64,000 bases of DNA from an uncultured Planctomycetales bacterium (GTDB lineage Bacteria; Omnitrophota; Gorgyraeia; Zapsychrales; Fredricksoniimonadaceae): contig CAZACW010000002.1 in the NCBI GenBank assembly GCA_964483785.1, positions 16,666 through 80,665 on the forward strand, written 5' to 3'. Shown one piece after another: positions 28,820 through 39,319 of the stretch; the first letter of the stretch is position 1; each line of letters begins with the position of its first letter. The notes beneath the pieces were generated by a model. It was not told the DNA's origin, made no database searches, and saw only the letters and a program-made list of their open reading frames with translations. Made by a program: the position numbers and the translations under genes.

Positions 28820-30282
28820 ACACGACCCAGGTCCAGGAGAAGAAAATAAGCTCGGCAGCCCCGCTGAAATTTTCCGATATCAAGGAACCGGATCTTTTTG
28901 CCCTGGTTTTTTATAAGGGCGGCGGCACCAAGCTTTTTCACAGTTATCTCGATTCCCATCCGGAAATCTACAATATCCCGGCCTTTCCCTTGCTGTATTT
29001 TTATCCGCACTGGAGGCAATGGCAGGAACAATACCAGGAAGTCTGGGACTGGGAGACCATCATCCATATTTTCTGCCTCAAGCACGCTTCGGTGATCAAT
29101 TCCAGCAAGATCCCGGGCTTAAGCGGTTTGGCGGGCCTGGGCGAAGGCCAAAACGAGAACATCGCCATCGACGGGGAGGAGTTCCGGCGCCATCTCAAAA
29201 ATCTTCTGCGCGAAGAGCCGGTGCGCCGCAGGACCTTTTTATTGTCCGTCTTTTACGCCTACGCGCTGTGCAAGGGCGAGGACCTCACCACCAAGAAGGC
29301 CATGCTGTGGCACCATCACATGATCCCTTACCTGGAAGATTTCCTGAGCGATTTTCCCGACGCCAAGATCATGGGGATGATCAGGGACCCCAGGATCAAG
29401 ATCTACTCCATGGTCCAGCAGGACATCAAGACCGACCTGATCAAGCTCAGCCTCACCGATGCCATGATTTACCGCTCGAACGTGTTTTACCAGCAGATCA
29501 AGGTCCTTTTGATAACGACCCTGCATTTCTTGCGCCTCAAGGTCCCGGGCGGGGTTTATTTTGTGCGGCATGAGGACTTGGCCTCAGACCTTTCCCGGGT
29601 GATGAAAAGGGTGGCGGATCTGACCGGCATCAAGTTCCAGGATTCCATGCTGGAATGCACCTTCGACGGGAAATTATGGTGGGGGCATGAGATCCATGCC
29701 ATGCCCAAGGTGGGGCAGGCCGCCTCCGACGCTGAAAGGGCCAAGAAAATGTCGCAGGAGGCCTTAAAGAGGGTGCTCTCAACCTCCTGGCAGAAACAAA
29801 AGCCCGGCTGGGAAATTTTTGTCCTGGAAGGGCTGGACTATGATTTTCTCAAAGAATACGGCTATACGCCGCTGTATTACAAACAGGACACCTGGGGGGA
29901 AAGGCTGGCGCTGTGTGCCGCGGTCTGGGTCCCTTTTAGGATGGAGATCGAAGACACCTGGTTTTATTTAAACCCGGCCAACCATATCAAACTCATTACC
30001 GCGGCCTGGCAGGAAGCGACGGGCACTCTCAAGCGCAAATATTACGGCTTTAGCGCCACGTATCTTTTCAAGCACAGTTATAAGGCCTTTCATCTATGGA
30101 ACAAGCCGTGGCTCGTTCAAAAAATAGAGCGGGTCCCGGTGCTTAATGTCATCTACACCTATTTGCGCTTTTGGCTGGCCATCTGTCTTTTGCCTTTGCT
30201 GTATCTGCGGCGCATCGCCCTGTTTTATTACATTTTTTTCCGCCGCCTTTTCAAGGGGTCTTTCCTGGCCGCACAAATTTAA
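28816..30282 (+). CDS. Sulfotransferase-like protein
   Basis: 'KGGGTKLFHSYLDSHPEI' (5'-PSB-like), 'FPDAKI..MIRDPR', 'VRHEDL'; adjacent to cysC and cysQ. Confidence 0.7.
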   Translation: MNTTQVQEKKISSAAPLKFSDIKEPDLFALVFYKGGGTKLFHSYLDSHPEIYNIPAFPLLYFYPHWRQWQEQYQEVWDWETIIHIFCLKHASVINSSKIPGLSGLAGLGEGQNENIAIDGEEFRRHLKNLLREEPVRRRTFLLSVFYAYALCKGEDLTTKKAMLWHHHMIPYLEDFLSDFPDAKIMGMIRDPRIKIYSMVQQDIKTDLIKLSLTDAMIYRSNVFYQQIKVLLITTLHFLRLKVPGGVYFVRHEDLASDLSRVMKRVADLTGIKFQDSMLECTFDGKLWWGHEIHAMPKVGQAASDAERAKKMSQEALKRVLSTSWQKQKPGWEIFVLEGLDYDFLKEYGYTPLYYKQDTWGERLALCAAVWVPFRMEIEDTWFYLNPANHIKLITAAWQEATGTLKRKYYGFSATYLFKHSYKAFHLWNKPWLVQKIERVPVLNVIYTYLRFWLAICLLPLLYLRRIALFYYIFFRRLFKGSFLAAQI

Positions 30283-30300
30283 AACGCAGGGAGGTAAGGT

Positions 30301-30816
30301 TTGATCCAGCGCAACATGACCTTATGGCTGACCGGACGTCCTTGTTCCGGCAAAACCAGCATATCGAAACAGCTGAAAATGGAATTGGCCAGCCGCGGGA
30401 TCCACGCGGTCTGCATGGACGGAGACGCGGTGCGCCATGGCTTAAACAAGGACCTGGGCTTCTCGCCCCAAGACCGTCAGGAAAATCTGCGGCGCGTGGC
30501 CCATGTCTGCGAACTTTTTAACGCCAACGGGATTTTTGTCATCGCCGCCTTTGTCTCGCCGACCAATGATTTGAGGGAGATGGTCAGGGGCCTCATCACC
30601 CATTTTAAATTGTGCTATGTGTCCTGCCCTTTGGAAGCGGCGGAGGCGCGGGATGTCAAAGGCATGTATAAAAAAGCCCGCTTGGGCATCATCAAAGAAT
30701 TCACCGGCATTTCGGCGCCGTTCGAAGAGCCGGGCCATCCCGAGATCGTGGTGGAATCCAGCCAAGCAACAGCCGCTGAATGCGTCAAGCGGATCATGGA
30801 CAAACTCGAGCAATGA
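30301..30816 (+). CDS. cysC: Adenylyl-sulfate (APS) kinase
   Basis: WLTGRPCSGKT, DGD.VR.GL..DLGFS..DR.EN, RDVKGMYKKA, FTGISAPFE. Confidence 0.95.
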   Translation: MIQRNMTLWLTGRPCSGKTSISKQLKMELASRGIHAVCMDGDAVRHGLNKDLGFSPQDRQENLRRVAHVCELFNANGIFVIAAFVSPTNDLREMVRGLITHFKLCYVSCPLEAAEARDVKGMYKKARLGIIKEFTGISAPFEEPGHPEIVVESSQATAAECVKRIMDKLEQ

Positions 30817-31613
30817 CCATGGCCTTAAAACAGGGATCGGAGTTATTGATGGAGGCGCTGGCCGTAAGCAAGCAGGCTGGTGAGGCCATTCTCGGCATTT
30901 ATGACAAGGGATTTGAGACATCCTTCAAGGACGATCAATCGCCCTTGACCTCGGCAGACACAGCCTCCCATGCGGTGATCCTGCGCGGGTTGCGGGCCTT
31001 GACGCCGGAGCTTCCTGTTTTTTCGGAAGAATCAGAATCCATCGCGTATGCAACCAGGCGGCTATGGAAGGAATACTGGCTGGTGGACCCGCTCGACGGC
31101 ACCAAGGAATTCATCAAGCGAAACGGAGAATTCACCGTCAATATCGCCTTGATCAGGGAGTGCCGGCCGGTACTTGGGGTGGTTTATGCCCCGGCATTGG
31201 GAGTCGCGTATTTTGCCCGGCAGGGTCAGGGGGCTTTTAAGCAGGGCAAGTCCGGAGAAATCAGCCCAATCGCCGTTGACCAAGACACGGGCCGGGGATT
31301 GAACATAGTGGCCAGCCGTTCCCATCAGGGCCAGGAAGATGCGTTTTTAAAACGATTGGGCGCCCACACTTGTTTGAACATGGGCTCATCGCTGAAATTT
31401 TGCCTGGTGGCTGAGGGCCGGGCCCATCTTTATCCGCGTTTTTTACCCACCAGCGAGTGGGACACGGCCGCGGCCCAGTGTGTCGCCGAGGAAGCAGGCG
31501 CGGCGGTCACGGATTTGCAGGGACAGAGGCTTTTGTATAACAAAGAAAATCTGCTCAATCCTTTTTTTGTGGCCAGTAGTTTGCCCAAGGAGCAATGGAT
31601 GCAGGCCCTATGA
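30813..31613 (+). CDS. cysQ: 3'(2'),5'-bisphosphate nucleotidase
   Basis: SPLTSAD, SEE, DPLDGTKEF, GSSLKFC, EWDTAA. Confidence 0.95.
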   Translation: MTMALKQGSELLMEALAVSKQAGEAILGIYDKGFETSFKDDQSPLTSADTASHAVILRGLRALTPELPVFSEESESIAYATRRLWKEYWLVDPLDGTKEFIKRNGEFTVNIALIRECRPVLGVVYAPALGVAYFARQGQGAFKQGKSGEISPIAVDQDTGRGLNIVASRSHQGQEDAFLKRLGAHTCLNMGSSLKFCLVAEGRAHLYPRFLPTSEWDTAAAQCVAEEAGAAVTDLQGQRLLYNKENLLNPFFVASSLPKEQWMQAL

Positions 31614-32917
31614 AAGATTCCGGAATCCAACAACACTCGGCCCTGGCAACCCGCGAGAATGTCTGGGAGAATATCCGTTCAGGGAAAAAGCTCCATTTAG
31701 CCGAGATCATCAGCAGGCAATGGAAACAGATTCAGCAGGGAGGGGTTGGTGTCTGGTGCAAGAAATTTTGGATGATGCTGATGGTCGTGCTGGCCCTGCC
31801 CGTGGCCTTGATCATCCGTCTGGTCAGGCCCTTTATCCTTATCCGTTTTGGGGACCTTAATGCCACCCGTCTGGGGCATTTTGCCACGAACACGGCCCTG
31901 TATACGGCCTATCGTCATTGTTCACGCTCAAATACACTCGACATCTTCTATTATACGACGCCGATTTCCAATCATCAGATGAAGAAGATGTGGGACAGGA
32001 CCCTGCTCATCTGCCCCCTGGCCCGCTGGTGGGAAAAAGCCAATATGGTCCTTCCTGGAGCCAAGGCCCATATCATCAGAGAACATTTGGACGGCAGGGA
32101 TGCCCGGGGAGTTTATGAAAAGTCCCCCATCCCGGTCTCCTTTAGCGCCGATGAAGAAAAGCAGGCGCAGGAAGCCCTTGGCCGCTTAGGCCTGCCTAAG
32201 GGAGCTTTTTTTGTCTGCTTTCATGCCCGCAGCCCGGTTTACCTTGATAAATATCTGCCCCAATTCGACCACCGCTACCATGATTTCCGGGATTCAGATA
32301 TCATGACTTATCAAATGGCTGTCCAGGAACTGATACGTCGAGGGTATTATTGCATCCGCATGGGGATGAATGAACCGGACCCGTTTCCCCTTCAAGACCC
32401 CAAACTGATCGATTATGCGATTTTAGGCCGGGATGAATTATTGGACATCTATCTGCCGGCCAAATGCCATTTCTTTTTAGGGACAGCCTGCGGGCTGACC
32501 TCCATTCCCCGCCTGTTCAAGAGGCCGATTGCCTGGGTCAATTATATTCCTTTAAGTCTGGCACACAGCTGGGACAGCCGATCCTATTTCATCCCTAAAA
32601 AAATTTGGTTAAAGTCAGAGAAAAGATTCTTGAATTTCAAGGAAATGCTCTCTCCTCCCTGGAGTAATGAACGGGTGAACATCAATTTTGAGGAAGCGGG
32701 GATTGAACCTGTCAACAATACGCCGCAAGAGATTGCTGACCTGGCCAGGGAAGTCGAGGAGCGATTAGGCGGCCGCTGGAAGGCCTCTTCTCAAGACGAG
32801 GCCATGCAGGAGAAATTTTGGTCCCTTTTTCGTAAGGACCGCATTTATCACGATGTGATCAGGGCCAGGATCGGCACCCAATTTTTGCGGGACCATCAAC
32901 ACTTGCTGGAGGCTTAA
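31610..32917 (+). CDS. Putative glycosyltransferase, TIGR04372-like
   Basis: 'RLGHF', 'FVCFHAR...Y....HDFRD', 'IRMG', 'DIYL...C.FFLGT..G', 'NTPQEI'. Confidence 0.75.
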   Translation: MKDSGIQQHSALATRENVWENIRSGKKLHLAEIISRQWKQIQQGGVGVWCKKFWMMLMVVLALPVALIIRLVRPFILIRFGDLNATRLGHFATNTALYTAYRHCSRSNTLDIFYYTTPISNHQMKKMWDRTLLICPLARWWEKANMVLPGAKAHIIREHLDGRDARGVYEKSPIPVSFSADEEKQAQEALGRLGLPKGAFFVCFHARSPVYLDKYLPQFDHRYHDFRDSDIMTYQMAVQELIRRGYYCIRMGMNEPDPFPLQDPKLIDYAILGRDELLDIYLPAKCHFFLGTACGLTSIPRLFKRPIAWVNYIPLSLAHSWDSRSYFIPKKIWLKSEKRFLNFKEMLSPPWSNERVNINFEEAGIEPVNNTPQEIADLAREVEERLGGRWKASSQDEAMQEKFWSLFRKDRIYHDVIRARIGTQFLRDHQHLLEA

Positions 32918-32929
32918 GAAGGGTCGACG

Positions 32930-34702
32930 ATGAAAGTTTTTCAATTTAGCAAAGAATTATTTGCCAAATACCCCAGGTATTGCCTTATCAGCATTGCCTT
33001 AAACGTCGCCCTCAGTTTTTTTGCGGTCTGCTCCTTGTTCAGCCTCGGACCTATTGTTGACCTTTATATCCATCCCGACCGATTGTCCCAGCTGAGCCCC
33101 TTGACCCAGAAGGTCATTCATGTGATGGGCTTTTTCCATATGCCTGTAAACCTGAAAAGTTGGCTGTTTGTATTTATGGCCTTTGTCACGGTCAGCTGCG
33201 TTTTCCAGGTTTTAGGCTGGCAATCCGTCCTGGCCTTGAAATATACCGTCCAAAAAGACATTATCCTGGGCTCGTTTGAAGATTTTTTCAATGCCAGGTG
33301 GCCTTTTTTCAGCAGCAGCGAGCACGGCACCCTGTACAACACTTTTTATCGGGAACTTAATCAATTGGGCAATGCCTTCAGCGCCATGGGGCAGGCCTTT
33401 GCCGGGATCGTGCAGGTGGTCATCCTCTTAGTCGTTCCGTTTTTGATTTCATGGCAGGTCACGCTGTTGTCCTTAAGCGCGGGGCTGGCTTTTTCCTCGG
33501 TTTTTTTGTTGATCGGCTCATGGGCCTATAGGCTGGGTAAAAAAAATACGGAGGTCTCCAACAGGCTGACGGCCCTGATCCATGAGAGCATCAGCGGGGC
33601 CAAGCTGGTCTTGGGATACAGCAATCAAAAACGCCTGCTCGCCGATACCCAGGAAGCCTACCAGGCCATTGTCAGGCCGGCCATTGAGACACAGGTCTTG
33701 AATTATGCCATTGTCATCGCTTACCGGCCTTTGGGGGTGGTCGTCGTGGTTGTGGCGATCATCGCTTCCAGTTTTTTTGCCGTTCCTATTTCGGACATTG
33801 CGGTCCTGTTTTTGGCCTTGTTTCAGGTGATGATCTCTTTGGGCAATGTGATGGGACAAAAAAACACCATCATGAACCTGATCCCCAGTTACGAACAGAT
33901 CATGAGGCTTAGAATGAAAGCGCAGAGCATGCGCCAGCCTACCGGGGAAAGGCCATTCACCGGTCTGCATGTGGACATTCAGATGAGGGATATCTCCTTT
34001 TCCCATCCCGGGCACCCCAAGGTTTTGGACGGGATCCAGGTGACCATTCCCAAGGGCCGGATGATCGCCTTTGTCGGCAAATCCGGGGCTGGAAAGTCGA
34101 CCTTGATTGACATGCTGATGGGCTTTTATCAACCTGAATCCGGGGGGATATGGGTGGACGGGATCAACCTGTTTGACCTTGACATAGCTACCTACCGCCG
34201 CAGGCTCGGCTATGTTCCCCAGGAGAGCCAGTTGTTTGACATGAGTATCAGGGACAATTTAAGATGGGTTTCTCCTCAGGCCAGCCGCCAGGACATTGAA
34301 AATGCCTGCCGCCAGGCGTATGCCCATGAATTCATTGAAAAGATGCCCCAACACTATGATACCGTTGTCGGGAACAGAGGTGTCCGCCTTTCCGGCGGCC
34401 AGATCCAGCGCCTGGCTTTGGCCAGGGCCTTTTTGCGCAATCCGGATATCCTTATTTTGGATGAGGCCACCAGTTCTTTGGACAGCCATTCCGAACAATT
34501 GATCCAGAGGGCGATTGAGAATTTCGCGCAACAATCGACGGTGGTCATCGTGGCCCACCGGCTCACCACGATCAAAAAGGCGGATTTGATTTATGTCCTG
34601 CATGAGGGCAGGGTGATCGAACAGGGCGGCTACAATGACCTGGCGGAGCAAAACGGCATGTTCGCGGGCATGGTCCAATTGCAGGAATTGGGGTTGAATT
34701 GA
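32930..34702 (+). CDS. ABC transporter, fused TMD+NBD (MsbA/PglK-like flippase)
   Basis: N-terminal TM domain; GKSGAGKST, LSGGQ, ILILDEATS. Confidence 0.92.
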   Translation: MKVFQFSKELFAKYPRYCLISIALNVALSFFAVCSLFSLGPIVDLYIHPDRLSQLSPLTQKVIHVMGFFHMPVNLKSWLFVFMAFVTVSCVFQVLGWQSVLALKYTVQKDIILGSFEDFFNARWPFFSSSEHGTLYNTFYRELNQLGNAFSAMGQAFAGIVQVVILLVVPFLISWQVTLLSLSAGLAFSSVFLLIGSWAYRLGKKNTEVSNRLTALIHESISGAKLVLGYSNQKRLLADTQEAYQAIVRPAIETQVLNYAIVIAYRPLGVVVVVVAIIASSFFAVPISDIAVLFLALFQVMISLGNVMGQKNTIMNLIPSYEQIMRLRMKAQSMRQPTGERPFTGLHVDIQMRDISFSHPGHPKVLDGIQVTIPKGRMIAFVGKSGAGKSTLIDMLMGFYQPESGGIWVDGINLFDLDIATYRRRLGYVPQESQLFDMSIRDNLRWVSPQASRQDIENACRQAYAHEFIEKMPQHYDTVVGNRGVRLSGGQIQRLALARAFLRNPDILILDEATSSLDSHSEQLIQRAIENFAQQSTVVIVAHRLTTIKKADLIYVLHEGRVIEQGGYNDLAEQNGMFAGMVQLQELGLN

Positions 34703-34728
34703 TATGCATTCGAGCGTAAGGAGTGAAG

Positions 34729-35706
34729 ATGCGTAAGGTCCTGATTACAGGGGCGGGGGGTTTTATCGGTTCGCATTTGACGGAACTCTGCGTGAAGCAG
34801 GGGGTCAAGGTGCGCGCCATGGTCCATTACAACGCGAAGAACCATTGGGGCTGGCTCGAGGATTCCCCGGTCAAAAACAAGATCGAGGTCGTCTGCGGCG
34901 ATGTGCGGGACTATGATTTTGTCTTTAATCAGCTTAAAGGCTGCGACACGGTCTTTCACCTGGCGGCCTTGATCGGCATTCCGTATTCCTATATTTCTCC
35001 CATGGCCTATATCAAGACCAACGTGGAAGGGACCTATAATGTCCTTCAAGCGGGCAAGGACAGGGGCACCAAGAATTTGGTCCTCACCTCGACGAGCGAG
35101 ACCTACGGGAGCGCGCAATATGTGCCCATCGACGAGAAGCACCCGGCCAATGCCCAGTCCCCTTATGCGGCCACCAAGGTCGCGGCTGACCAGCTGGCCT
35201 TGAGTTTCCATCGTTCCTTCGGCCTTCCGGTCAAGATCGTGCGGCCTTTCAATACCTATGGCCCGCGCCAATCCGCCCGGGCCATCATTCCCACCGTGAT
35301 CACCCAGATCCTCAACGGCAAAAACACCCTGCACTTGGGCAATCTGGGTCCGAGCAGGGACCTGACCTTTGTAGAAGACACCGCCAAAGGTTTTTGGGCC
35401 GCGGCCAAGGCGCCCTGTGCCGGCGAGGTGCTCAATCTTGGGATGAATGAGGAAATCACGGTCGCTGAATTAAGCCGGTTGATCGCAGGGCTGATGCAAA
35501 CAAAGATCCGCATCCGGCAGGAGAGGGTCAGGGTGCGCGCCTCTTCCAGCGAGGTCAGCCGGCTGCGCTGTGATAACCGCAAGATGAGAAGCCTTACGGG
35601 CTGGAAGCCGCAGTTCAGCCTGGAACAAGGCCTGCGCAAAACCATTGAATGGTTTAAAAAGCCCGGGACATTGTCCCTTTATAAGGCGGAATTGTATAAT
35701 GTCTAA
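34729..35706 (+). CDS. legB: NDP-GlcNAc 4,6-dehydratase, LegB-type
   Basis: TGAGGFIG, HLAALIGIPYSY, TSTSETYG, QSPYAATK, QSARAIIPT. Confidence 0.82.
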   Translation: MRKVLITGAGGFIGSHLTELCVKQGVKVRAMVHYNAKNHWGWLEDSPVKNKIEVVCGDVRDYDFVFNQLKGCDTVFHLAALIGIPYSYISPMAYIKTNVEGTYNVLQAGKDRGTKNLVLTSTSETYGSAQYVPIDEKHPANAQSPYAATKVAADQLALSFHRSFGLPVKIVRPFNTYGPRQSARAIIPTVITQILNGKNTLHLGNLGPSRDLTFVEDTAKGFWAAAKAPCAGEVLNLGMNEEITVAELSRLIAGLMQTKIRIRQERVRVRASSSEVSRLRCDNRKMRSLTGWKPQFSLEQGLRKTIEWFKKPGTLSLYKAELYNV

Positions 35707-36841
35707 ACCCATTGAAATGGATGCCCCTTGTCTGGGGGAGGCCGAGAAGAAATATCTGAGTAAGGCCATTGATTCCGGCTTTGTTTCGTCGGCCGGCCCT
35801 TTTGTCCCTGAATTTGAAGCCAAGGTGGCGGCCTTTTTAAAGGTCTCCTCAGCCGTGGCCCTGCAAAGCGGCACAGCCGCGATCCACATGGCCCTGGTGG
35901 CCGCAGGCATCGGACCAGGGGACGAGGTGATTGTGCCTTCCTTGACTTTCGCGGCGACCGTCAATCCCATTTTATATGTGGGCGCGGTGCCGGTGATCGT
36001 GGATGTTGATCCCGCGACATGGAATATCGATCCTGTCAAAATCAAGGCGGCCCTGACTAAAAAGACCCAGGCCATCATCCCAGTGCATGTCTACGGCAAT
36101 CCCTGCGCCATGGATGAAATCATGGGCCTGGCGGCCCGGCACGGGTTTGCCGTCATCGAAGATGCAACGGAAAGCCTGGGCGCGGAATTTTTGGGAAAAC
36201 CCGCCGGCACCTTCGGTGATTTCGGCTGTTTGAGTTTTAATGGCAATAAAACCATCACCACCGGGGGAGGCGGCATGCTCGTCGGACAAGAGACCCAGCG
36301 CCTGGAACATGTCCGTTACCTGGCCAATCAGGCCAAGGACAAGGTCCAGCCGGGCTTTCATGCGGAAATGGGATTTAATTACCGCATGACCAACATCGAA
36401 GCGGCCTTGGGCCTGGCCCAATGCGGGAACATCGAGGCTTTTCTGGCCCGAAAAAGGAATTTCAGAAAAATCTATGAAAAGGCCCTGTTGCCCGTCAAAG
36501 GGGTAGGTTTCCAGGATAAACTGGACAATGCTGAGCCAAGCTGCTGGCTGACCTGCCTGCGTCTGCCTCAAGCGGTTCCATTAGGCCCCTTGATGGAGGC
36601 CTTACGGCAGAAGCATATCCCCACCAGAAGGGTGTTCATGCCTTTGCCTCAGATGCCTTATTTGAAGACATATGCCAAGGAATGTCCCCAGGCACAGGAC
36701 ATTTTTGAACATGGCCTTTGCCTGCCGTCTTCAACCATGAACACAGAAAAAGATATTGAGCAGGCGGCTGAAATTATCCGAAAGGTGATTGAAACATGCC
36801 TTCCCCATGGGTCCCCTTGCGTTTCAACAAAAACAATTTGA
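35699..36841 (+). CDS. legC: Sugar aminotransferase, LegC-type
   Basis: FVSSAG, EDATESLG, SFNGNKTITTGGGG. Confidence 0.8.
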   Translation: MSKPIEMDAPCLGEAEKKYLSKAIDSGFVSSAGPFVPEFEAKVAAFLKVSSAVALQSGTAAIHMALVAAGIGPGDEVIVPSLTFAATVNPILYVGAVPVIVDVDPATWNIDPVKIKAALTKKTQAIIPVHVYGNPCAMDEIMGLAARHGFAVIEDATESLGAEFLGKPAGTFGDFGCLSFNGNKTITTGGGGMLVGQETQRLEHVRYLANQAKDKVQPGFHAEMGFNYRMTNIEAALGLAQCGNIEAFLARKRNFRKIYEKALLPVKGVGFQDKLDNAEPSCWLTCLRLPQAVPLGPLMEALRQKHIPTRRVFMPLPQMPYLKTYAKECPQAQDIFEHGLCLPSSTMNTEKDIEQAAEIIRKVIETCLPHGSPCVSTKTI

Positions 36842-37239
36842 CCAAGTGGATGTGGATGTGCCAGCATCACGAGCATTTGGTCTGCGGCCGCAAGGTGGAC
36901 ATAGGCGCCTTCACCTATATCAATGCCAAGCACGGGGTGCATTTGGGGGATGAGGTGCAAATCGGGTCTCACTGTTCCTTGTATTCCGTCTCATCTATCG
37001 ACGGCAAGAAGGGGCCCATTACAATCGGCAAAAATTCCAGGATCGGGTCGCACTGCACCGTGATGCCGGGGATCACCATCGGGGACAATGCGGTCATCGG
37101 CGCCCATTCCTTTGTGAATAAAGACATCCCCTCCAATGCAACCGCATGGGGCGTGCCGGCCAGGGTCCAAAATAAAAAGCAGGGCAAGGCCAAGAACCGT
37201 GACGGACGGCACAAAGCCAAGGACCGTGAAAGAGACTGA
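36796..37239 (+). CDS. Hexapeptide-repeat acyltransferase
   Basis: Left-handed beta-helix repeats, IGAHSFV.KD, WGVPAR. Confidence 0.85.
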   Translation: MPSPWVPLRFNKNNLTKWMWMCQHHEHLVCGRKVDIGAFTYINAKHGVHLGDEVQIGSHCSLYSVSSIDGKKGPITIGKNSRIGSHCTVMPGITIGDNAVIGAHSFVNKDIPSNATAWGVPARVQNKKQGKAKNRDGRHKAKDRERD

Positions 37240-38318
37240 TGGAGCGCTATAAAAAAATACAGATCAGACCGGGCTTCAGCATCAAACAGGCCTTTCAGCA
37301 CATGGATGCCATGGGTGAAAAGACCCTCGTGGTCATTGATGAAGGGCAGGCGATCCTAGGCACGGTCTCGGACGGCGATATCCGCCGCTGGATATTGAAA
37401 GGCCGGGAATTAAATGACAAGGTGACCTGTGTCCTCAATCCCCGTCCCGTACTGTTGAAGGAGGGCTTTGCCGGGCAAGAGGCGAAGGACCTGTTTTTAA
37501 AACACAAGATCGAATGCCTCCCGGTGGCGGATGCCGCCAACCGGATGGTGTCCTGCGTGTTTTGGGCCGACCTGTTTGAAAAAAAGCAGATTGTCTCCCA
37601 TGCCCTGAAGCTGCCCGTGGTGATCATGGCCGGCGGCGAGGGCGTCCGGCTGCACCCTTTCACCAAGATATTGCCCAAACCCTTGATGCCCATCGGCGAG
37701 AAGCCGATCATTGAAGTGATCATCGACCGTTTTCTGGAATACGGCTGCGAAGATTTTTACCTGTCCCTGAATTATAAATCGAATTTGATCAAGGCGTATT
37801 TCAATGATTTTGAGCACCGGTATAAAATCAATTATGTGCAGGAAAGCAAGCCTTTGGGCACGGCCGGGGGCCTTCATCTGTTAAGAAACAAGATCAAAAA
37901 GACCTTGTTCGTCAGCAATTGCGACATCCTCATCGAGGCGGATTACGCGGACGTCTTGAAATTCCACCGCCAGAAGAACAACAAAATCACCCTTGTCACC
38001 TCCATGAAAAATATGACCATCCCTTACGGGGTCTGCCGCATCCAGAACGGCGGGATTTTAAAAGGCATCCGCGAAAAGCCTGAATATGATTTCCTGGTCA
38101 ATACCGGGATGTATGTGCTGGAGCCATCGGTCCTGAAACAAATCCCTTCCAGCCGCTATTACAATATTACGGATTTGATCAATCATTATCTTTCCCTCGG
38201 GGAAAAAGTCGGGGCCTATCCGGTATCGGAAAAGTCCTGGCTGGACATCGGGCAGATAGAAGTGCTGCATGAAGCGCTGAAAAAATTTGAGCTCAGGGAA
38301 AGGGCGGCGGATGTCTAA
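37239..38318 (+). CDS. CBS-domain nucleotidyltransferase (PtmE-like)
   Basis: GTVSDGDIRR CBS pair; MAGGEG.RL.P.T...PKPL; LGTAG; WLDIG. Confidence 0.9.
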   Translation: MERYKKIQIRPGFSIKQAFQHMDAMGEKTLVVIDEGQAILGTVSDGDIRRWILKGRELNDKVTCVLNPRPVLLKEGFAGQEAKDLFLKHKIECLPVADAANRMVSCVFWADLFEKKQIVSHALKLPVVIMAGGEGVRLHPFTKILPKPLMPIGEKPIIEVIIDRFLEYGCEDFYLSLNYKSNLIKAYFNDFEHRYKINYVQESKPLGTAGGLHLLRNKIKKTLFVSNCDILIEADYADVLKFHRQKNNKITLVTSMKNMTIPYGVCRIQNGGILKGIREKPEYDFLVNTGMYVLEPSVLKQIPSSRYYNITDLINHYLSLGEKVGAYPVSEKSWLDIGQIEVLHEALKKFELRERAADV

Positions 38319-39315
38319 GGTCCTGATCATTGCCGAGGCCGGCGTTAATCACAATGGGTCACTGAAATCCGCCTTGAAATTGGTGGACGCGGCGGCCATG
38401 GCCGGTGCGGATGCCGTCAAATTCCAGACCTTTGAGGCCCATGCCGTTGTTTCCAAATTCGCGCCGAAGGCCCGCTACCAGATTCAAGCCACAGGCAAGG
38501 AGGGCAATCAGCTGCAGATGATCCAACAACTGCAGCTGGGTCCCGAGGCGCATAAGATCCTGCAGGCCCATTGCCGCCGAAGGAAAATCATGTTTCTTTC
38601 CACGCCTTTTGATGCGGCCAGCATTGATCTGTTAAACGGGCTGGGCCTAAAGATCTTTAAAATCCCTTCAGGAGAAATCACCAATCTTCCCTATTTGCGC
38701 AAAATCGGGGCCTTAAGGAAAAAGATCATCCTCTCGACGGGAATGGCGGATCTGCGGGAAATCCGGGAAGCGCTCAGGATATTGACGGCGGCCGGCACCA
38801 GGAAAGCGCAGATCACCCTGCTGCATTGCAACAGCGCCTATCCATCGCCATTTAAGGATGCGAATCTTTTGGCCATCCCCCGGATGAAATCAGCCCTGGG
38901 CATGGAGATCGGCTATTCTGATCATACCTTGGGGATCGAAGCGGCCGCGGCAGCCGTGGCCCTGGGCGCTGTCATTATCGAAAAGCACCTGACCCTTGAT
39001 AAGCGCTTACCGGGTCCAGACCACAAGGCCAGCCTTGACCCGGCTGAGTTGAGGGCCTTGGTCAAAGCTGTCCGGAATGTCGAATCCGCGCTGGGCTCCG
39101 GCATCAAAAGGCCTTCACCGTCGGAAACGGCCAATATCACCCATGTCCGCAAGAGCATCATTGCCTCCAGGGACATCGGCAGGGGGGAACGGTTCAATGA
39201 AGAAAACCTGACGGTCAAAAGGCCAGGCACCGGCCTTAGCCCCATGCAATGGGACAGGGTCATAGGCCGCAAGGCCGTCAAAGCGTTTCATCAAGATGAA
39301 TTGATCAAGCTATAA
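38311..39315 (+). CDS. neuB: Nonulosonate synthase (NeuB/LegI family)
   Basis: IIAEAGVNHNG, KFQT, STPFD, GYSDHT, EKH.TLD, SAF domain KRPGTG. Confidence 0.93.
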   Translation: MSKVLIIAEAGVNHNGSLKSALKLVDAAAMAGADAVKFQTFEAHAVVSKFAPKARYQIQATGKEGNQLQMIQQLQLGPEAHKILQAHCRRRKIMFLSTPFDAASIDLLNGLGLKIFKIPSGEITNLPYLRKIGALRKKIILSTGMADLREIREALRILTAAGTRKAQITLLHCNSAYPSPFKDANLLAIPRMKSALGMEIGYSDHTLGIEAAAAAVALGAVIIEKHLTLDKRLPGPDHKASLDPAELRALVKAVRNVESALGSGIKRPSPSETANITHVRKSIIASRDIGRGERFNEENLTVKRPGTGLSPMQWDRVIGRKAVKAFHQDELIKL

Positions 39316-39319
39316 GCCT

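Noticed and set aside
34382-34400. tccgcc-tttcc-ggcggc resembling the MetH hairpin unit
   Set aside because: It encodes the conserved ABC signature RLSGGQ; loop length differs and the arm is imperfect.
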